Shown here in pieces: positions 43,976-55,480 of a stretch of 64,000 bases of DNA. A program made the translations under genes and the position numbers. Below the pieces are notes generated by a model. That model saw only the letters and a list, made by a program, of their open reading frames with translations, did no database searches and was not told the DNA's origin. The stretch is taken from NCBI GenBank assembly GCA_018394315.1, contig CP074575.1:496001-560000 (forward strand), in the 5' to 3' direction. This stretch comes from Mycoplasmatota bacterium. Its GTDB lineage: Bacteria; Bacillota_I; Bacilli_A; MAG-NZ. Position 1 is the stretch's first letter; each line of letters opens with the position of its first letter.

Positions 43976-46438
43976 ATGAGTACATATGATAAGATCCAAG
44001 ATGTTAATATATCAAATGAGATGAAAGAATCTTTCTTAAATTATGCGATGAGTGTAATAGTGTCTCGTGCTCTCCCAGACGTGAGAGATGGACTTAAGCC
44101 AGTCCATAGACGTATTCTTTATGGTATGAGTGAATTAAATATGCAACCCAACAGTGCTTATAAAAAGTCAGCACGCTTGGTTGGGGATGTAATGGGTAAA
44201 TATCATCCACATGGTGATAGTAGTATTTATGAGGCTATGGTTCGAATGGCACAAGATTTTAGTTATCGCTATATGCTTGTAAATGGGCACGGAAACTTTG
44301 GTTCTATAGACGGTGATGGTGCTGCTGCAATGCGTTATACCGAAGCCAAAATGGCAAAAATTACAATGGAAATGCTTAGAGATATAAATAAAAATACGAT
44401 AGACTACCGTGATAATTACGATGGTTCTGAACAGGAACCAAGTGTCTTACCATCTAGATTTCCTAATTTATTAGTTAACGGCGCAACCGGGATAGCTGTA
44501 GGTATGGCTACCAATATTCCACCACATAACTTATCTGAAGTTATTGATGGAATATTAGCCACTGTTGATAATCCGGATATTGAAATAGAAGAATTAATGA
44601 ATTATATAAAAGGTCCAGATTTTCCTACAGGTGGAGAACTATTAGGACTTTCTGGATTAAGACAGGCGTATTTAACTGGTAAGGGTTCAGTAGTAATTCG
44701 TAGTAAGTGTGATATTATTGAACACAAAAATGGAAAAAAATCAATAATAGTTACAGAGATTCCATATCAAGTTAATAAATCTAAATTGATTACCAAAATA
44801 GCTGAATTAGCTAAAGAAAAAAAAGTAGAAGGAATTACTGATTTAAGAGATGAATCAAACAGAAAAGGAATCAGAATTGTTATTGAATTAAAAAGAGATA
44901 TCAATGCAGATGTAACTTTAAATAATCTTTTTAAATTTACTCAACTTCAATCTTCTTTTGGTATGAATGTGATTGCTCTGGTAAAAGACCAACCAAAGAA
45001 ACTTAACCTTAAGGAAATGTTAATTCATTATATTGAACATCAAATAACAGTTATAGTTAGAAGAACTCAATTTGATTTAGATAAGGCGTTAGCTCGAGTT
45101 CATATAGTTAAAGGTTTATTGATTGCGTTAGAAAATATCGACAGAATTATTAAGATTGTACGCGGTTCAAAAACAGATGATGATGCAAAAGTCAGTTTAA
45201 TTGAAGAATTTGAATTATCTGAGATACAGGCTCGAGCAATCCTGGATATGAGATTACGTAGGTTAACTGGTTTAGAAAAGGAGAAACTAGAATTAGAAAA
45301 AAAATCTTTGGAGGAGATTATTAAGGATTTAACCGATATACTTGCTTCTAAAGAAAGACAAGATTCTATCCTTATCGAGGAAATTTCTGAAATTAAAAGA
45401 AAATTCGGTGATGATAGGAGAACAACAATTAATCTTACAGATTCCTTAAGTATTGAAGACGAAGATTTAATACCAGTAGAAGATGTTATTATTACAATCA
45501 CAAATAAAGGCTATATTAAAAGAATCACAGCAGATACGTATCGTAACCAAAATCGTGGAGGAAAAGGATTAACAGGACAAAAAACATATGAGGATGATTT
45601 TGTTGAACACATTCTGTATACCTCGACACACGATACCATTACATTCTTCAGTAACGTAGGTAAAGTTTACAGAATGAAGGGATACGCAATTCCTTCAGCT
45701 AGTAGAACATCAAAAGGAATACCACTTGTAAATTTATTAAAATTTGGTGAAGGTGAAACATTGGCTACCGTACTGAGAATAAGCGAATTTAAGGAGGGTC
45801 AATACTTACTATTTGGTACAAAACGTGGATTAGTTAAACGTACTGACATTAGAGCTTACGCGAATATTAGATCAAACGGATTGAGAGCTATTAGTTTACG
45901 CGATGGTGATGAACTCCTAAAAGTAAGAATTACTGATGGTAAGAGAGATATCATTATGGGTGCATCGAACGGAAAAGCAATTAGGTTTAACGAAAAAGAT
46001 GTAAGAATAATGGGTAGGGTTACATCTGGTGTTAGAGGAATTAAATTAGGAAGTAAAGAGGAAGTAATTGGAATAACAGTTATCAACGAAGAAAGAAATG
46101 AAATTCTTGTCGTTACTGAGTATGGTTACGGAAAAAGGACTAATGTAGATGAGTATCGTTTACAAACAAGAGGCGGAAAAGGTGTTAAAACTTTGAATGT
46201 AACAGAAAAGAATGGAAACTTAGTATCGTTGAGGAGTGTTTCTGAGAATGATGATTTATTAATAATCACTGATAAAGGAATGATTATAAGAATGGATGTT
46301 GGTCAAATATCACAAACAGGAAGAGCTACGCAAGGAGTTCGATTAATTCGACTAAACGATGAACACTCCGTTTCAACAATTGCATTAGTACCACAAGCTG
46401 AAGAAGAGATAATTTCTGAGACTGTGGTTAATCAATAA
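43976..46438 (+). CDS. gyrA: DNA gyrase subunit A
   Basis: [20 protein letters not shown], GyrA box QNRGGKG. Confidence 0.99.
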   Translation: MSTYDKIQDVNISNEMKESFLNYAMSVIVSRALPDVRDGLKPVHRRILYGMSELNMQPNSAYKKSARLVGDVMGKYHPHGDSSIYEAMVRMAQDFSYRYMLVNGHGNFGSIDGDGAAAMRYTEAKMAKITMEMLRDINKNTIDYRDNYDGSEQEPSVLPSRFPNLLVNGATGIAVGMATNIPPHNLSEVIDGILATVDNPDIEIEELMNYIKGPDFPTGGELLGLSGLRQAYLTGKGSVVIRSKCDIIEHKNGKKSIIVTEIPYQVNKSKLITKIAELAKEKKVEGITDLRDESNRKGIRIVIELKRDINADVTLNNLFKFTQLQSSFGMNVIALVKDQPKKLNLKEMLIHYIEHQITVIVRRTQFDLDKALARVHIVKGLLIALENIDRIIKIVRGSKTDDDAKVSLIEEFELSEIQARAILDMRLRRLTGLEKEKLELEKKSLEEIIKDLTDILASKERQDSILIEEISEIKRKFGDDRRTTINLTDSLSIEDEDLIPVEDVIITITNKGYIKRITADTYRNQNRGGKGLTGQKTYEDDFVEHILYTSTHDTITFFSNVGKVYRMKGYAIPSASRTSKGIPLVNLLKFGEGETLATVLRISEFKEGQYLLFGTKRGLVKRTDIRAYANIRSNGLRAISLRDGDELLKVRITDGKRDIIMGASNGKAIRFNEKDVRIMGRVTSGVRGIKLGSKEEVIGITVINEERNEILVVTEYGYGKRTNVDEYRLQTRGGKGVKTLNVTEKNGNLVSLRSVSENDDLLIITDKGMIIRMDVGQISQTGRATQGVRLIRLNDEHSVSTIALVPQAEEEIISETVVNQ

Positions 46439-46458
46439 AAAGGGCAATGCCCTTTTTT
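46437..46458 (+). terminator. gyrA terminator
   Basis: AAAAAGGGC-AAT-GCCCTTTTTT. Confidence 0.8.
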
Positions 46459-46507
46459 GTTGATAAGGAAACAAAAATTTAGTAAAATAACTATGTGAGG
46501 TGGGAGA

Positions 46508-48418
46508 ATGCCAAAATACTTATTAAGTGAGTTTTCAGACAAAATACCAAATTCAAAATCATATAAAGTAGGTGTCAAAGGATACCCATTTTTGTTTGTT
46601 GCGGTAGTCTTTTTATGTTTACTATCAATAGATATGATATTCAGATACATTAATTACGGACTTTTAATTGACACTAGTTTTGTTCATATATTGCTATATG
46701 ATTTAACGTGGAGTTTATTGTTTGTATCAATATTGTTAATGCTCCCAGCGGCCTTTAGAAAACCCTTGTTTTTTCTAACTATTATTATATTTATAGTAAT
46801 AGCTATCGGGCAATCAATTGCACGCCATATTTTATTAGGTGTATTATCATTTTCGATGTATTTTGAATCTGGTAAGGGAGTATCTTTTGCTAGTATGATT
46901 ATTGATGCAGTTCATAAAGGTTTCTTGTTTTATTTAATATCCTTCGGGATTTTATTGTTTTTTATTTTTCTTAAGTTCAAATTAAAAGCTAATTTTAAGA
47001 AAAGATTTATAATAGTTTTATTATCAATAATTTTTGTATTAACAACAGGATTTTATACTTCATATTATGAATTTAATAATAGAGTTGAATCCACTAATAA
47101 TTATGAAAAATTCGTATATTTAGAAGAACATGACGTTGTAGCTGTTAGGTTAGGATTAACAACTTATACAATCAAAGATTTTTATAATAATTATCTACAT
47201 CTAAACACAAGTAAGTACAATTTAGATAATGATAAAGATAATCTCTTAGGACAATTAGAGGAGTATTTAAATAAAACTATTCATAAAAGTAATGATTACA
47301 GTGGAATGTTTGAGGATAAAAATCTAATCCTAATTCAAGCTGAAAGTTTGGACCACATAGCTATTACGGAAGAAGTAATGCCAACGCTATATAGTATGAA
47401 ATGGTCTGGACTGTACTTTGAAAACTTCTTCGCACCAATGTACATGAGGTCTACAAGTGATACAGAATTTGCGGTACAAACAGGTATTTTACCGTCAGGA
47501 ATTGCAGGAAACAGTTTGAAGCAATTTACAAATAATAAGTTTCCTGATGCGCTTGTTGAGTTGTTTAATGAAAGAGGTTATTCAACTGCAGCTTTTCATA
47601 ATTATGATGACACTTACTATAATAGAAGAGAATTTTATAATCAATTGGGTTACGGGGTTTATATGAATACTGATAATTTGGAAATTGAAAAGGAAATGTG
47701 GACTAGTGACGTAGATTTAATGAAACAAACTGTGAATTTATATAGTAATGAACCTAGGTTTTTTATTAAGTATATAACAGTTTCAAGTCACCCTCCTTAT
47801 GATTTTTCTAATCCAATAATAGTGAAAAATTATAATCATTTTAAAGATTTTGATGTCAATCAAAAACTAAAATGTTATTATTCTGCTGTTAAAGAGCTTG
47901 ATGATGCTCTAAGTTATTTGTTGGTTGAGTTAACAAAGAGTAATAGGATTAATAATACTGTTATTGCTATTTATGGGGATCATTTCCCTATGAGTATCTC
48001 TGAAGAAGAAATATTAAGTGTGACAACGAGCAATAGAAAGGGATTAGATCTTTACAGAACGCCATTGATTGTATGGACTCCTGGGATGAAGCCAGAGATA
48101 ATACGTGAACATATGGCAGCGGTAGATATAACACCTACACTTGCAAATTTATTTGGTCATAAAACTGATTATACAAGTTATATTGGGACTGATATTTTTA
48201 CACAAGGAAATAATGTTGTCTTTTTTAGAAATAGAAGTTGGGTTTCGGAAGTAGGTGAGTATAACTCTATTACTCAATTTTTTAGCGTTTATGACGAAAA
48301 ATATATTACTGATTACTTGTTAGATTATGTTCGAAGAAACAATAAAATGATTGAAGAAAAATTTACATATTCAAGAATTTTATTGGATAGAAATTATTTT
48401 GTTCAAACAAAGATTTGA
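46508..48418 (+). CDS. LTA synthase family (sulfatase-fold) membrane protein
   Basis: About 5 TMs, NLILIQAES, TSDTEF (catalytic Thr position), HPPY, YGDH, DITPT. Confidence 0.9.
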   Translation: MPKYLLSEFSDKIPNSKSYKVGVKGYPFLFVAVVFLCLLSIDMIFRYINYGLLIDTSFVHILLYDLTWSLLFVSILLMLPAAFRKPLFFLTIIIFIVIAIGQSIARHILLGVLSFSMYFESGKGVSFASMIIDAVHKGFLFYLISFGILLFFIFLKFKLKANFKKRFIIVLLSIIFVLTTGFYTSYYEFNNRVESTNNYEKFVYLEEHDVVAVRLGLTTYTIKDFYNNYLHLNTSKYNLDNDKDNLLGQLEEYLNKTIHKSNDYSGMFEDKNLILIQAESLDHIAITEEVMPTLYSMKWSGLYFENFFAPMYMRSTSDTEFAVQTGILPSGIAGNSLKQFTNNKFPDALVELFNERGYSTAAFHNYDDTYYNRREFYNQLGYGVYMNTDNLEIEKEMWTSDVDLMKQTVNLYSNEPRFFIKYITVSSHPPYDFSNPIIVKNYNHFKDFDVNQKLKCYYSAVKELDDALSYLLVELTKSNRINNTVIAIYGDHFPMSISEEEILSVTTSNRKGLDLYRTPLIVWTPGMKPEIIREHMAAVDITPTLANLFGHKTDYTSYIGTDIFTQGNNVVFFRNRSWVSEVGEYNSITQFFSVYDEKYITDYLLDYVRRNNKMIEEKFTYSRILLDRNYFVQTKI

Positions 48419-48451
48419 TAATTTAAGAAACTTGATATACAATATAATAAA

Positions 48452-48672
48452 TCGAAGAGTAAGATTAGTAGTTAGATTAAACTATTATAGAGAGTTTGTG
48501 GATGGTGTAAACAAACATAGTTAACTAGCGAATCAACTTATGAGAGGAATCTGGAAATCAGTATAGATTCACGGCAGTTACCGTTATGACATAAGTGCGT
48601 GTTTTTTCACGAACTAAGGTGGTACCACGATTATTTAGTCGTCCTTAGAGAATTCTCTAGGGCGATTTTTTT
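48452..48672 (+). promoter_or_regulatory. T-box riboswitch (Ser)
   Basis: AGAGA and GGTG stem-I motifs, specifier TCA (48533-48535), T-box AAGGTGGTACCACG (48616-48629), terminator before the serS RBS. Confidence 0.93.
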
Positions 48673-48689
48673 ATTTAAAGGAGGAAATT

Positions 48690-49976
48690 ATGCTAGATAT
48701 TAAGTTATTAAGAGATAACCACAGTGAGATAATCAAGAGATTAGAAATGAGAAATAAGGATTTTAGTTACTTGAGAGACGTAGTAGAATGGGACAAGGAA
48801 GTAAGAGTAATTAAGACTAACGTTGAAGAGTTAAAGGCTAAAAGAAATGAAACATCTAAACGAATTGGACAGTATAAAAGAGAAGGCAAGGACGTTTCAA
48901 AAGTTATGGAATCAATCGCTAACATAGGTAATGATATTAAAGTTTTAGATGACAAGAAGCAAGAACTAAGCAATAAAATAAATGAAGCTTTATTAAACAC
49001 ACCTAATGTACCACATGTTGACGCTATTCAAGGTGTTGATGAAACGATGAATAAAGAGATGAGGAAGTACTTAGAAGCAACTGAATTTGATTTTGAACCT
49101 AAACCTCATTGGGATTTAGCGGTAGAATTAGATATTTTAGACTTTGATAGAGGTGCAAAAATCGCTGGATCTAGATTCACTGTATATAAAGGATTAGGTG
49201 CAAGACTTGAAAGAGCTCTTTATGCATTTATGATGGATATTCATGCAATAGACAATGGGTATATAGAAATAATACCACCATATATCGTTAATTCAGACAG
49301 TTTATATGCTACTGGACAGTTACCCAAATTTGCTGATGATTTATTTAAATTAGAAGTTGAAGATAAACAATATTACTTAAACCCAACTGCAGAAGTTCCT
49401 ACAATTAATCTACACAGAGATGAAATACTGGATGGGCAAAAGTTACCACTAAAATATGTTTCTTTTACAACAGCTTTTAGAAAAGAGGCTGGCTCTGCAG
49501 GTAGGGATACAAGAGGTATTATCCGTCAACATCAATTTAATAAGGTCGAGCTAATAAGGTTTTGTTTACCTGAACAAGGATATGATATGTTAGAGGAAAT
49601 GCTATTGGACAGTGAAAAAATACTGAAATTACTTCAACTCCCATATAGAGTAGTTGAATTATGTACAGGAGATCTAGGAGCATCAATGGCGAAAACATAC
49701 GATCTTGAAGTATGGTTACCAAGCTATAATAATTATAAAGAGATTGCATCAATTTCTAATGCTGAAACTTATCAAGCCAGAAGGGCAAACATTAGATTTA
49801 AACGCAACGAAAGCAGCAAACCAGAATTAGTTCATACGTTGAATGGGTCAGGGTTAGCTATTGGAAGAACAGTTGTTGCAATCTTAGAAAATTACCAACA
49901 AAAAGATGGAAGTGTTCTAATACCAAAAGTATTAATTCCTTATATGAATTGTGATATTATAAGAAAGAGGGGGTAA
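48690..49976 (+). CDS. serS: Serine--tRNA ligase
   Basis: [40 protein letters not shown]. Confidence 0.99.
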   Translation: MLDIKLLRDNHSEIIKRLEMRNKDFSYLRDVVEWDKEVRVIKTNVEELKAKRNETSKRIGQYKREGKDVSKVMESIANIGNDIKVLDDKKQELSNKINEALLNTPNVPHVDAIQGVDETMNKEMRKYLEATEFDFEPKPHWDLAVELDILDFDRGAKIAGSRFTVYKGLGARLERALYAFMMDIHAIDNGYIEIIPPYIVNSDSLYATGQLPKFADDLFKLEVEDKQYYLNPTAEVPTINLHRDEILDGQKLPLKYVSFTTAFRKEAGSAGRDTRGIIRQHQFNKVELIRFCLPEQGYDMLEEMLLDSEKILKLLQLPYRVVELCTGDLGASMAKTYDLEVWLPSYNNYKEIASISNAETYQARRANIRFKRNESSKPELVHTLNGSGLAIGRTVVAILENYQQKDGSVLIPKVLIPYMNCDIIRKRG

Positions 49977-49980
49977 TAAA

Positions 49981-51405
49981 ATGTTTGAAAGGGTTAAGAG
50001 GTTAAATTATAAGACTGTTAAACATGCTTTAGTAGTAGCTGCTTTTGAAGGTAAAAACAACTTAGCAGAACTAGATGATTTGTTTGATGGTAAAATCCTG
50101 AAAAAGATAAAAAAAGGGGAAATATCTTACAAATCAGGTGAAGTTACTACACTGACCACATTTGACAAAACAAACTCAGATGTTATTTACTTCGTTGGTA
50201 TGGGGAAAGCATCTGAGCTTAGTCTAGATATTGCGAGAAAGTCATTTAAGAGGCTTGGTAAAAAATTAAAATCTAATACACTAATAGTACTAGATACTTT
50301 CCAAAATCGTAAAATTCCTTTGAACCAAATTGCGGAATTAATGGGAGAGTCAATTACAATAGCTCAGTATAAATTTGATGAACTTAAATCAGAGAAAACT
50401 TCTCGAAAAGAATTTAATATTTACTTTAATTGTAAAAATGATTATCATGAATACTTTAAAAGAGGTATTATTCTAGGGACAGCAACAAACAATGCAAGAA
50501 CACTTGTCAATAAACCTCACAATTATCTGAATGCGGAAGGATTAGCTGACTACGCTATTGATTTAGCAAAATCAAATAATCTTGAAATAAAAGTTTATGA
50601 TAAGAATGAGATTGAGGATATGGGAATGAGTGCATTCCTTGCTGTTAATAAAGGGTCACTAATTCAACCGAAACTTATTTATATTAAATATCAAGGTAAG
50701 GAAGTTTGGGATGATCCAATAGCATTAGTTGGTAAAGGATTGATGTTTGACACCGGAGGATACAATCTTAAATCAAACAGTAAAAATATGAAAACTGATA
50801 TGGCTGGTTCTGCTTCTGTATTAGGTGCTATTGAAGCTATTGCAAGATTAGGTTTAAAAGAAAATGTGATGGTAATCATTGCGGCTACTGACAATATGAT
50901 TGGAAAAGAAGCTTACCTACCTGATGATGTCATAACTTCTGCAAGTGGGAAAACAATTGAGATATTTTCGACAGATGCAGAGGGTCGCTTAACATTAGTA
51001 GATGCAATCTGGTTTGCTCAAAAAGAAGGAGCGAAAAGAATTATAGACGTAGCTACTTTGACTGGATCAATTGTCGGTGCATTAGGTGGAGCTTATGTTG
51101 GAGCTTTCACGAACGAGATTGCTTTCTTAAAGAGATTAGAAAAGGCAGCGAAGTTAGCAGGGGAACCAATTTGGCATATGCCAATTGGTGAACATTTTGA
51201 AAAAGCAATTAAAGGTAAAGTTGCGGATATAAACAACGCTGGAGTGAGAATGGGGGGAGCATGTGCGGCAGCAGCGTTCTTACAAGAGTTTGTTGAAGAA
51301 GATACAAAATGGATTCATCTAGATATTGCTGGTACAGCGTCAAAAGAAAAGACTGGTGCAACTGGAGTTATGGTTAGAGCGTTAACAAGGTTATTAGAAT
51401 CATAA
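49981..51405 (+). CDS. pepA: Leucyl aminopeptidase (M17)
   Basis: VGKGLMFDTGG, MKTDMAG, TDAEGRL, ATLTG, W.HLDIAG. Confidence 0.95.
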   Translation: MFERVKRLNYKTVKHALVVAAFEGKNNLAELDDLFDGKILKKIKKGEISYKSGEVTTLTTFDKTNSDVIYFVGMGKASELSLDIARKSFKRLGKKLKSNTLIVLDTFQNRKIPLNQIAELMGESITIAQYKFDELKSEKTSRKEFNIYFNCKNDYHEYFKRGIILGTATNNARTLVNKPHNYLNAEGLADYAIDLAKSNNLEIKVYDKNEIEDMGMSAFLAVNKGSLIQPKLIYIKYQGKEVWDDPIALVGKGLMFDTGGYNLKSNSKNMKTDMAGSASVLGAIEAIARLGLKENVMVIIAATDNMIGKEAYLPDDVITSASGKTIEIFSTDAEGRLTLVDAIWFAQKEGAKRIIDVATLTGSIVGALGGAYVGAFTNEIAFLKRLEKAAKLAGEPIWHMPIGEHFEKAIKGKVADINNAGVRMGGACAAAAFLQEFVEEDTKWIHLDIAGTASKEKTGATGVMVRALTRLLES

Positions 51406-51433
51406 AACGGGTTTCAATTGAAACCCGTTTTAT
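51402..51433. terminator. Perfect 32-bp palindrome, bidirectional terminator
   Basis: ATAAAACGGGTTTCAA|TTGAAACCCGTTTTAT between convergent pepA and HIT. Confidence 0.85.
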
Positions 51434-51840
51434 TTTATATTGTCAATAATAGAATGTTTTATCGCTTCTAATTCATCTTGTGTTAGTTCCTTGTTATTTG
51501 AAGAAATTAAGTAACCGTCGTTTTCATATCGTGGTATTAAATGGATGTGGTAGTGAAATACAACTTGGTAAGGTTTTCGGTTATTATTTACTATATTTAA
51601 GCCAATAGGATTAAAAGTATCTTTCAAGGCTTTACTAATCTTAGGAACTACACTAAATACTTTTGCTGCTGTTTCTGGATCCATATCAAATATATCTACC
51701 ACATGCTTTTTAGGTATTACTAGAGTATGTCCTTTTGTAGCGGGGGATATGTCTAGAAAGGCATAAACATCTTCATCCTCATATATTTTTTGAGAAGGTA
51801 TATCACCATTCACGATTTTACAAAATAAACAATTATTCAT
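51430..51840 (-). CDS. HIT-family nucleotide hydrolase
   Basis: CLFC, GHTLVIPK, HYHIHLIPR. Confidence 0.95.
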   Translation of the reverse strand: MNNCLFCKIVNGDIPSQKIYEDEDVYAFLDISPATKGHTLVIPKKHVVDIFDMDPETAAKVFSVVPKISKALKDTFNPIGLNIVNNNRKPYQVVFHYHIHLIPRYENDGYLISSNNKELTQDELEAIKHSIIDNIK

Positions 51841-51961
51841 ATACATCACCTTACAGATAGAAACTTGCTATCTTCCTTCCATATTTATTGTAACAAATAA
51901 AACACAAATTATAAATATATGTTATAATACTTTAGGAAATATTGAAATGAAGGTGACTGTG

Positions 51962-52495
51962 ATGCGAAACACTAGAAAACTGGTATTAATATCAGTACTT
52001 ATATCATTAAGTGTAGTATTAGGAATTATTGATAAATATATATCCAGTTTTATTTTACCAGGTGCAATAAGCGCTAGACTTGGATTAGCGAATATTGTCA
52101 TTATGTTGGGGATTATTTATTTGAATTTCAAGGATGTATTATTAATTGCTATATTGAAATCTGTTTTAATTGGTTTTATCCTTGGTAGATTTGATGTATT
52201 TATATATGGATTCTCGGGTACTATGTTAAGTTTTTTTGGAATGTGGATGCTGTATAAATTTACTAAAGATTGGTTTAGTCTGATTGGGATCAGTTTAATT
52301 GGTGCTATATTACATATAATTGGACAAGTAACTGCAGTTCATTGGTTATTGATAAGTGATATTGGGTACTTTTCATTATACTTTATAGTTAATCCGTTTC
52401 TTATCCCAGCTTCAATGATCACAGGAGTAATGATCGGAATTCTTACCAAATCACTTATTAGATATGTAGATAACTCAGGAATATTTAAAAGATAA
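51962..52495 (+). CDS. Gx transporter family membrane protein (heptaprenyl-PP synthase component I-like)
   Basis: RLGLANI, SLIGISLIGAILHIIGQ pattern; ECF S-component-like. Confidence 0.8.
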   Translation: MRNTRKLVLISVLISLSVVLGIIDKYISSFILPGAISARLGLANIVIMLGIIYLNFKDVLLIAILKSVLIGFILGRFDVFIYGFSGTMLSFFGMWMLYKFTKDWFSLIGISLIGAILHIIGQVTAVHWLLISDIGYFSLYFIVNPFLIPASMITGVMIGILTKSLIRYVDNSGIFKR

Positions 52496-52500
52496 AACGC

Positions 52501-53007
52501 CTATTTATTGGCGTTTTTGTTTTTCTCTTTTCCTTGATAGTCTTGTCGGTAAGGGAATTGCTGTGTTGGTTGCTGCGGTTGAGCTTGTTGTGTTAGGGGT
52601 TGTTGAAATTGCTGGAATTGCTGTTGTTGCTGTTGTTGCTGTTGGGGCACTTGTTCTAGTAAATCTTCAAAAGGATACTCATAATTTATTTCTTCTTCGA
52701 AAGTAATATAGTTTAAATAAATCATTAATAGCAAGTATCTCATTCCTGTTTGAGGATCACTAATGATTATGTGATCTTTCCCAGCAGCTTCTAAAACACC
52801 TTTGAACAACTTACTTCCCCACTGGCTGTTCTCAAAGTTCATGTAAATTGTTGCGAGTTTACCTAGATTAAGTCTTAGTATATTTTCTATATATGACTGT
52901 TCAAAGAATGGTTGTTCAATTCCTTGTCCCGTAATAGGAGCTTGTGGGAACGTAGGAATTTGTTGGACTTGTGGTGCGACATAAGGATACTGATAATAAG
53001 AAACCAT
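52501..53007 (-). CDS. gerQ: Spore coat protein GerQ
   Basis: EQSYIENILRLNLGK, FEN, G.LEAAGKDHIIISDP, RYLLLMIYL.YITF.E; downstream of cwlJ. Confidence 0.95.
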   Translation of the reverse strand: MVSYYQYPYVAPQVQQIPTFPQAPITGQGIEQPFFEQSYIENILRLNLGKLATIYMNFENSQWGSKLFKGVLEAAGKDHIIISDPQTGMRYLLLMIYLNYITFEEEINYEYPFEDLLEQVPQQQQQQQQQFQQFQQPLTQQAQPQQPTQQFPYRQDYQGKEKNKNANK

Positions 53008-53019
53008 AATTTTCCTCCA

Positions 53020-53439
53020 TTAAAAACAATTTTCCGAAACAACAGGAGCATAGAAACAGTGAGATTTGTATCTTCCTGAATTCCATTGTCCAAACCATTG
53101 ACTTCTACAATCTTCATCAAAAGGATTATAGAACCAAAGAGCTCGAGTTGCAGGAGAGAACCTTTCTCCCTTTAAAGCTCTCTTAGCTAGCCTAATATCT
53201 CTTTCTCTTACGGGTTGATAAAAGTATGACTTTTGTGTTGCTTCAAATCCACCAGGTGATTGGTAAATCATTTGTCTTAGTGTACGAATGTCAACAAAAT
53301 CCAAGCAATCAGCTAATACTCTATTAACACCTACATTACCTACCATCAACATCCCTAAATCTCCATCACCCTCAGCTTCTGCTCTCATTAGTCGAGCTAA
53401 ATCTTTTAACTCAGCGTTAACATATTTTACAACTGCCAT
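53020..53439 (-). CDS. cwlJ: Spore cortex-lytic enzyme CwlJ (Hydrolase_2)
   Basis: LARLMRAEAEGDG.LGMLMVGNVGVNR, GGFEA, ALWF, HCFY; no signal peptide. Confidence 0.93.
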   Translation of the reverse strand: MAVVKYVNAELKDLARLMRAEAEGDGDLGMLMVGNVGVNRVLADCLDFVDIRTLRQMIYQSPGGFEATQKSYFYQPVRERDIRLAKRALKGERFSPATRALWFYNPFDEDCRSQWFGQWNSGRYKSHCFYAPVVSENCF

Positions 53440-53458
53440 CCAATCACCTCTCAAAACA

Positions 53459-53487
53459 TATATATGGATAAACTGTCCTAAATATGA
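53459..53487 (-). promoter_or_regulatory. sigmaE-type promoter of cwlJ-gerQ
   Basis: TCATATT-N14-CATATATA, matching the Bacillus sigmaE consensus in sequence and spacing. Confidence 0.8.
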
Positions 53488-53560
53488 ATAAATAACTTAA
53501 TTGAGTTTTTTTTGATAAATGTTATAATATATTGGAAATAATAAACAATGGAGGGTACTT

Positions 53561-54517
53561 ATGTCAGATTTATTTTATGAATTAAAGGCAAAAATAAAAG
53601 AAAAAGGGACAAAAATAGTTTTTCCCGAATCAGGAGATAAAAGAGTATATGAAGCTGCACTAAGATTAGCTGAAGAAAACTTAGTATCTCCTATCTTTAT
53701 TGGAAATGAGGAAGATTTCCAAAAAGAGTGCGAGAGCATTACGATCATCAATCCAAAAACGTATCAAGATTATGATAAGATGGTCGAAAAATTTGTAGAA
53801 CGTCGAAAAGGTAAAGTAACTCATGATCAAGCACATGAAATGTTACGTAGTCCAAATTACTTTGGCACAATGTTAGTATACATGGGTGAAGCAAGCGGAC
53901 TAGTGTCTGGAGCAACACACTCTACCGCAGACACAGTTAGACCAGCTCTTCAAATAATAAAAACAAAACCAGGGCTATCTAAAACATTTGGTTACTTTAT
54001 TATGTTAAGGGATAATGAGAAGTATTTAATGGGAGATTGTGCTATTAATCCTAATCCATCATCAAATGATTTAGCTGAATTCGCGGTTGAAAGTGCTTTC
54101 ATTGCACCCGCATATGACATTGATCCAAAAGTGGCTATGTTATCTTTTTCGACAAATGGCTCTGCTGTTACCGACGAGACGACAAAAGTAAAAGAAGCAA
54201 CAGCTCTTGCGAAAAGCATGAACCCAAATTTATTGATTGATGGTGAAATGCAATTTGACGCTGCTTTCGTTGAGAGTGTAGGAAAAAGTAAATTCCCAGG
54301 TTCAGACGTGGCAGGAAAAGCAAACGTCTTCATTTTCCCTGATTTAAACTCAGGTAATATCGGATACAAAATTGCTCAACGATTAGGTGGATTTGAAGCT
54401 GTAGGACCGTTCTTGGCGGGATTGAATTCTCCGGTAAACGATCTATCAAGAGGTTGTAATTCTGAAGATGTATACAAGACAGCAATTGTCACTGCTGTTC
54501 AGTCAATAATAAAATAA
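53561..54517 (+). CDS. pta: Phosphate acetyltransferase
   Basis: IVFPE, GLVSGA.HST, LSFST.GS, DGEMQFDAA, GNIGYK, NDLSRG. Confidence 0.98.
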   Translation: MSDLFYELKAKIKEKGTKIVFPESGDKRVYEAALRLAEENLVSPIFIGNEEDFQKECESITIINPKTYQDYDKMVEKFVERRKGKVTHDQAHEMLRSPNYFGTMLVYMGEASGLVSGATHSTADTVRPALQIIKTKPGLSKTFGYFIMLRDNEKYLMGDCAINPNPSSNDLAEFAVESAFIAPAYDIDPKVAMLSFSTNGSAVTDETTKVKEATALAKSMNPNLLIDGEMQFDAAFVESVGKSKFPGSDVAGKANVFIFPDLNSGNIGYKIAQRLGGFEAVGPFLAGLNSPVNDLSRGCNSEDVYKTAIVTAVQSIIK

Positions 54518-54581
54518 GACCCGCTAGGGTTTTATTTATATATACTATATAGGTATGGTACCATTAGATGAGGAGAACAAG

Positions 54582-55472
54582 ATGAAAAATATGCAAAAAA
54601 GTTTAAAGTATGAATTACTATTATTAATGGTAGCGTTGATTTGGGGAGTGGGATTTCCAGTAACCAAAATAGCTGTTCAATTAGGATTTGGCCCATTTGC
54701 AATTTTGGCAGGTAGGTTTATTATAGCTAGTATTGTACTATCCACAATCTTTAGAAAAAATTTAGTGAGGATAGACAAAAGGCACATTTTATTCGGGCTA
54801 CTCACAGGAATGTTCTTATTTGCCAGTTTTTCTTTTCAAACCGTAGGCATACTATACACTACCCCAAGTAAAAACGCATTTATCACTCAAATGATGGTTA
54901 TATTAGTTCCTTTTCTTTATTGGTTTATATATAAAGAAAAACCTAGTAAATATGCTTTTATTGGTGCTTTTGTAGCTTTAATAGGAGGGCTCGCGTTAAC
55001 GTTTAATTCCGATTTCACTTCTGGAATCAACAAAGGAGATATATTAACCTTTGGTTGTGCAGTGTTATGTGCAGTACATATTATTGCATCAACACACTTT
55101 GCTAAAAAAGAGGGTATTGATTCAATCGCATTTACCTTAGTTCAATTTTACTTAGCAGGGATAATTGCATTGGTGATTGCCCTATTTAATAAAGAGGTTC
55201 CACGTGTAACATTAATCAATTGGTGGCCGTTGGTTTTTATGGGGTTGTTAAACACGGGATTAGGTTTTACTATTCAAACATTTGCTCATAAGTACTCTAC
55301 ACCTACAAAAACAAGTATTATAGTTTCGACAGAGGCAGTCTTTGGTTCGATTGCTTCTGTGCTAATAATCGGAGAACCTTTGACAGTGCAGTTGGTAATA
55401 GGAGGGTTATTGATATTTGTTGCGGTAATAACTGTAGAAACAAGATTTGATTTTTTCAGAAGGAATAGGTGA
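54582..55472 (+). CDS. DMT/EamA-family transporter
   Basis: About 10 TMs, IWG..F, RF, Q..G, two EamA repeats. Confidence 0.9.
   Translation: MKNMQKSLKYELLLLMVALIWGVGFPVTKIAVQLGFGPFAILAGRFIIASIVLSTIFRKNLVRIDKRHILFGLLTGMFLFASFSFQTVGILYTTPSKNAFITQMMVILVPFLYWFIYKEKPSKYAFIGAFVALIGGLALTFNSDFTSGINKGDILTFGCAVLCAVHIIASTHFAKKEGIDSIAFTLVQFYLAGIIALVIALFNKEVPRVTLINWWPLVFMGLLNTGLGFTIQTFAHKYSTPTKTSIIVSTEAVFGSIASVLIIGEPLTVQLVIGGLLIFVAVITVETRFDFFRRNR
55196..55211. other. parS-like site (intragenic)
   Basis: GGTTCCACGTGTAACA vs consensus TGTTNCACGTGNAACA. Confidence 0.65.
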
Positions 55473-55480
55473 GGAATAAT

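Noticed and set aside
51402..51433. GTTTCAATTGAAAC core resembling CRISPR repeat ends
   Set aside because: Single copy, no spacers or cas genes; sits between convergent genes as a terminator.
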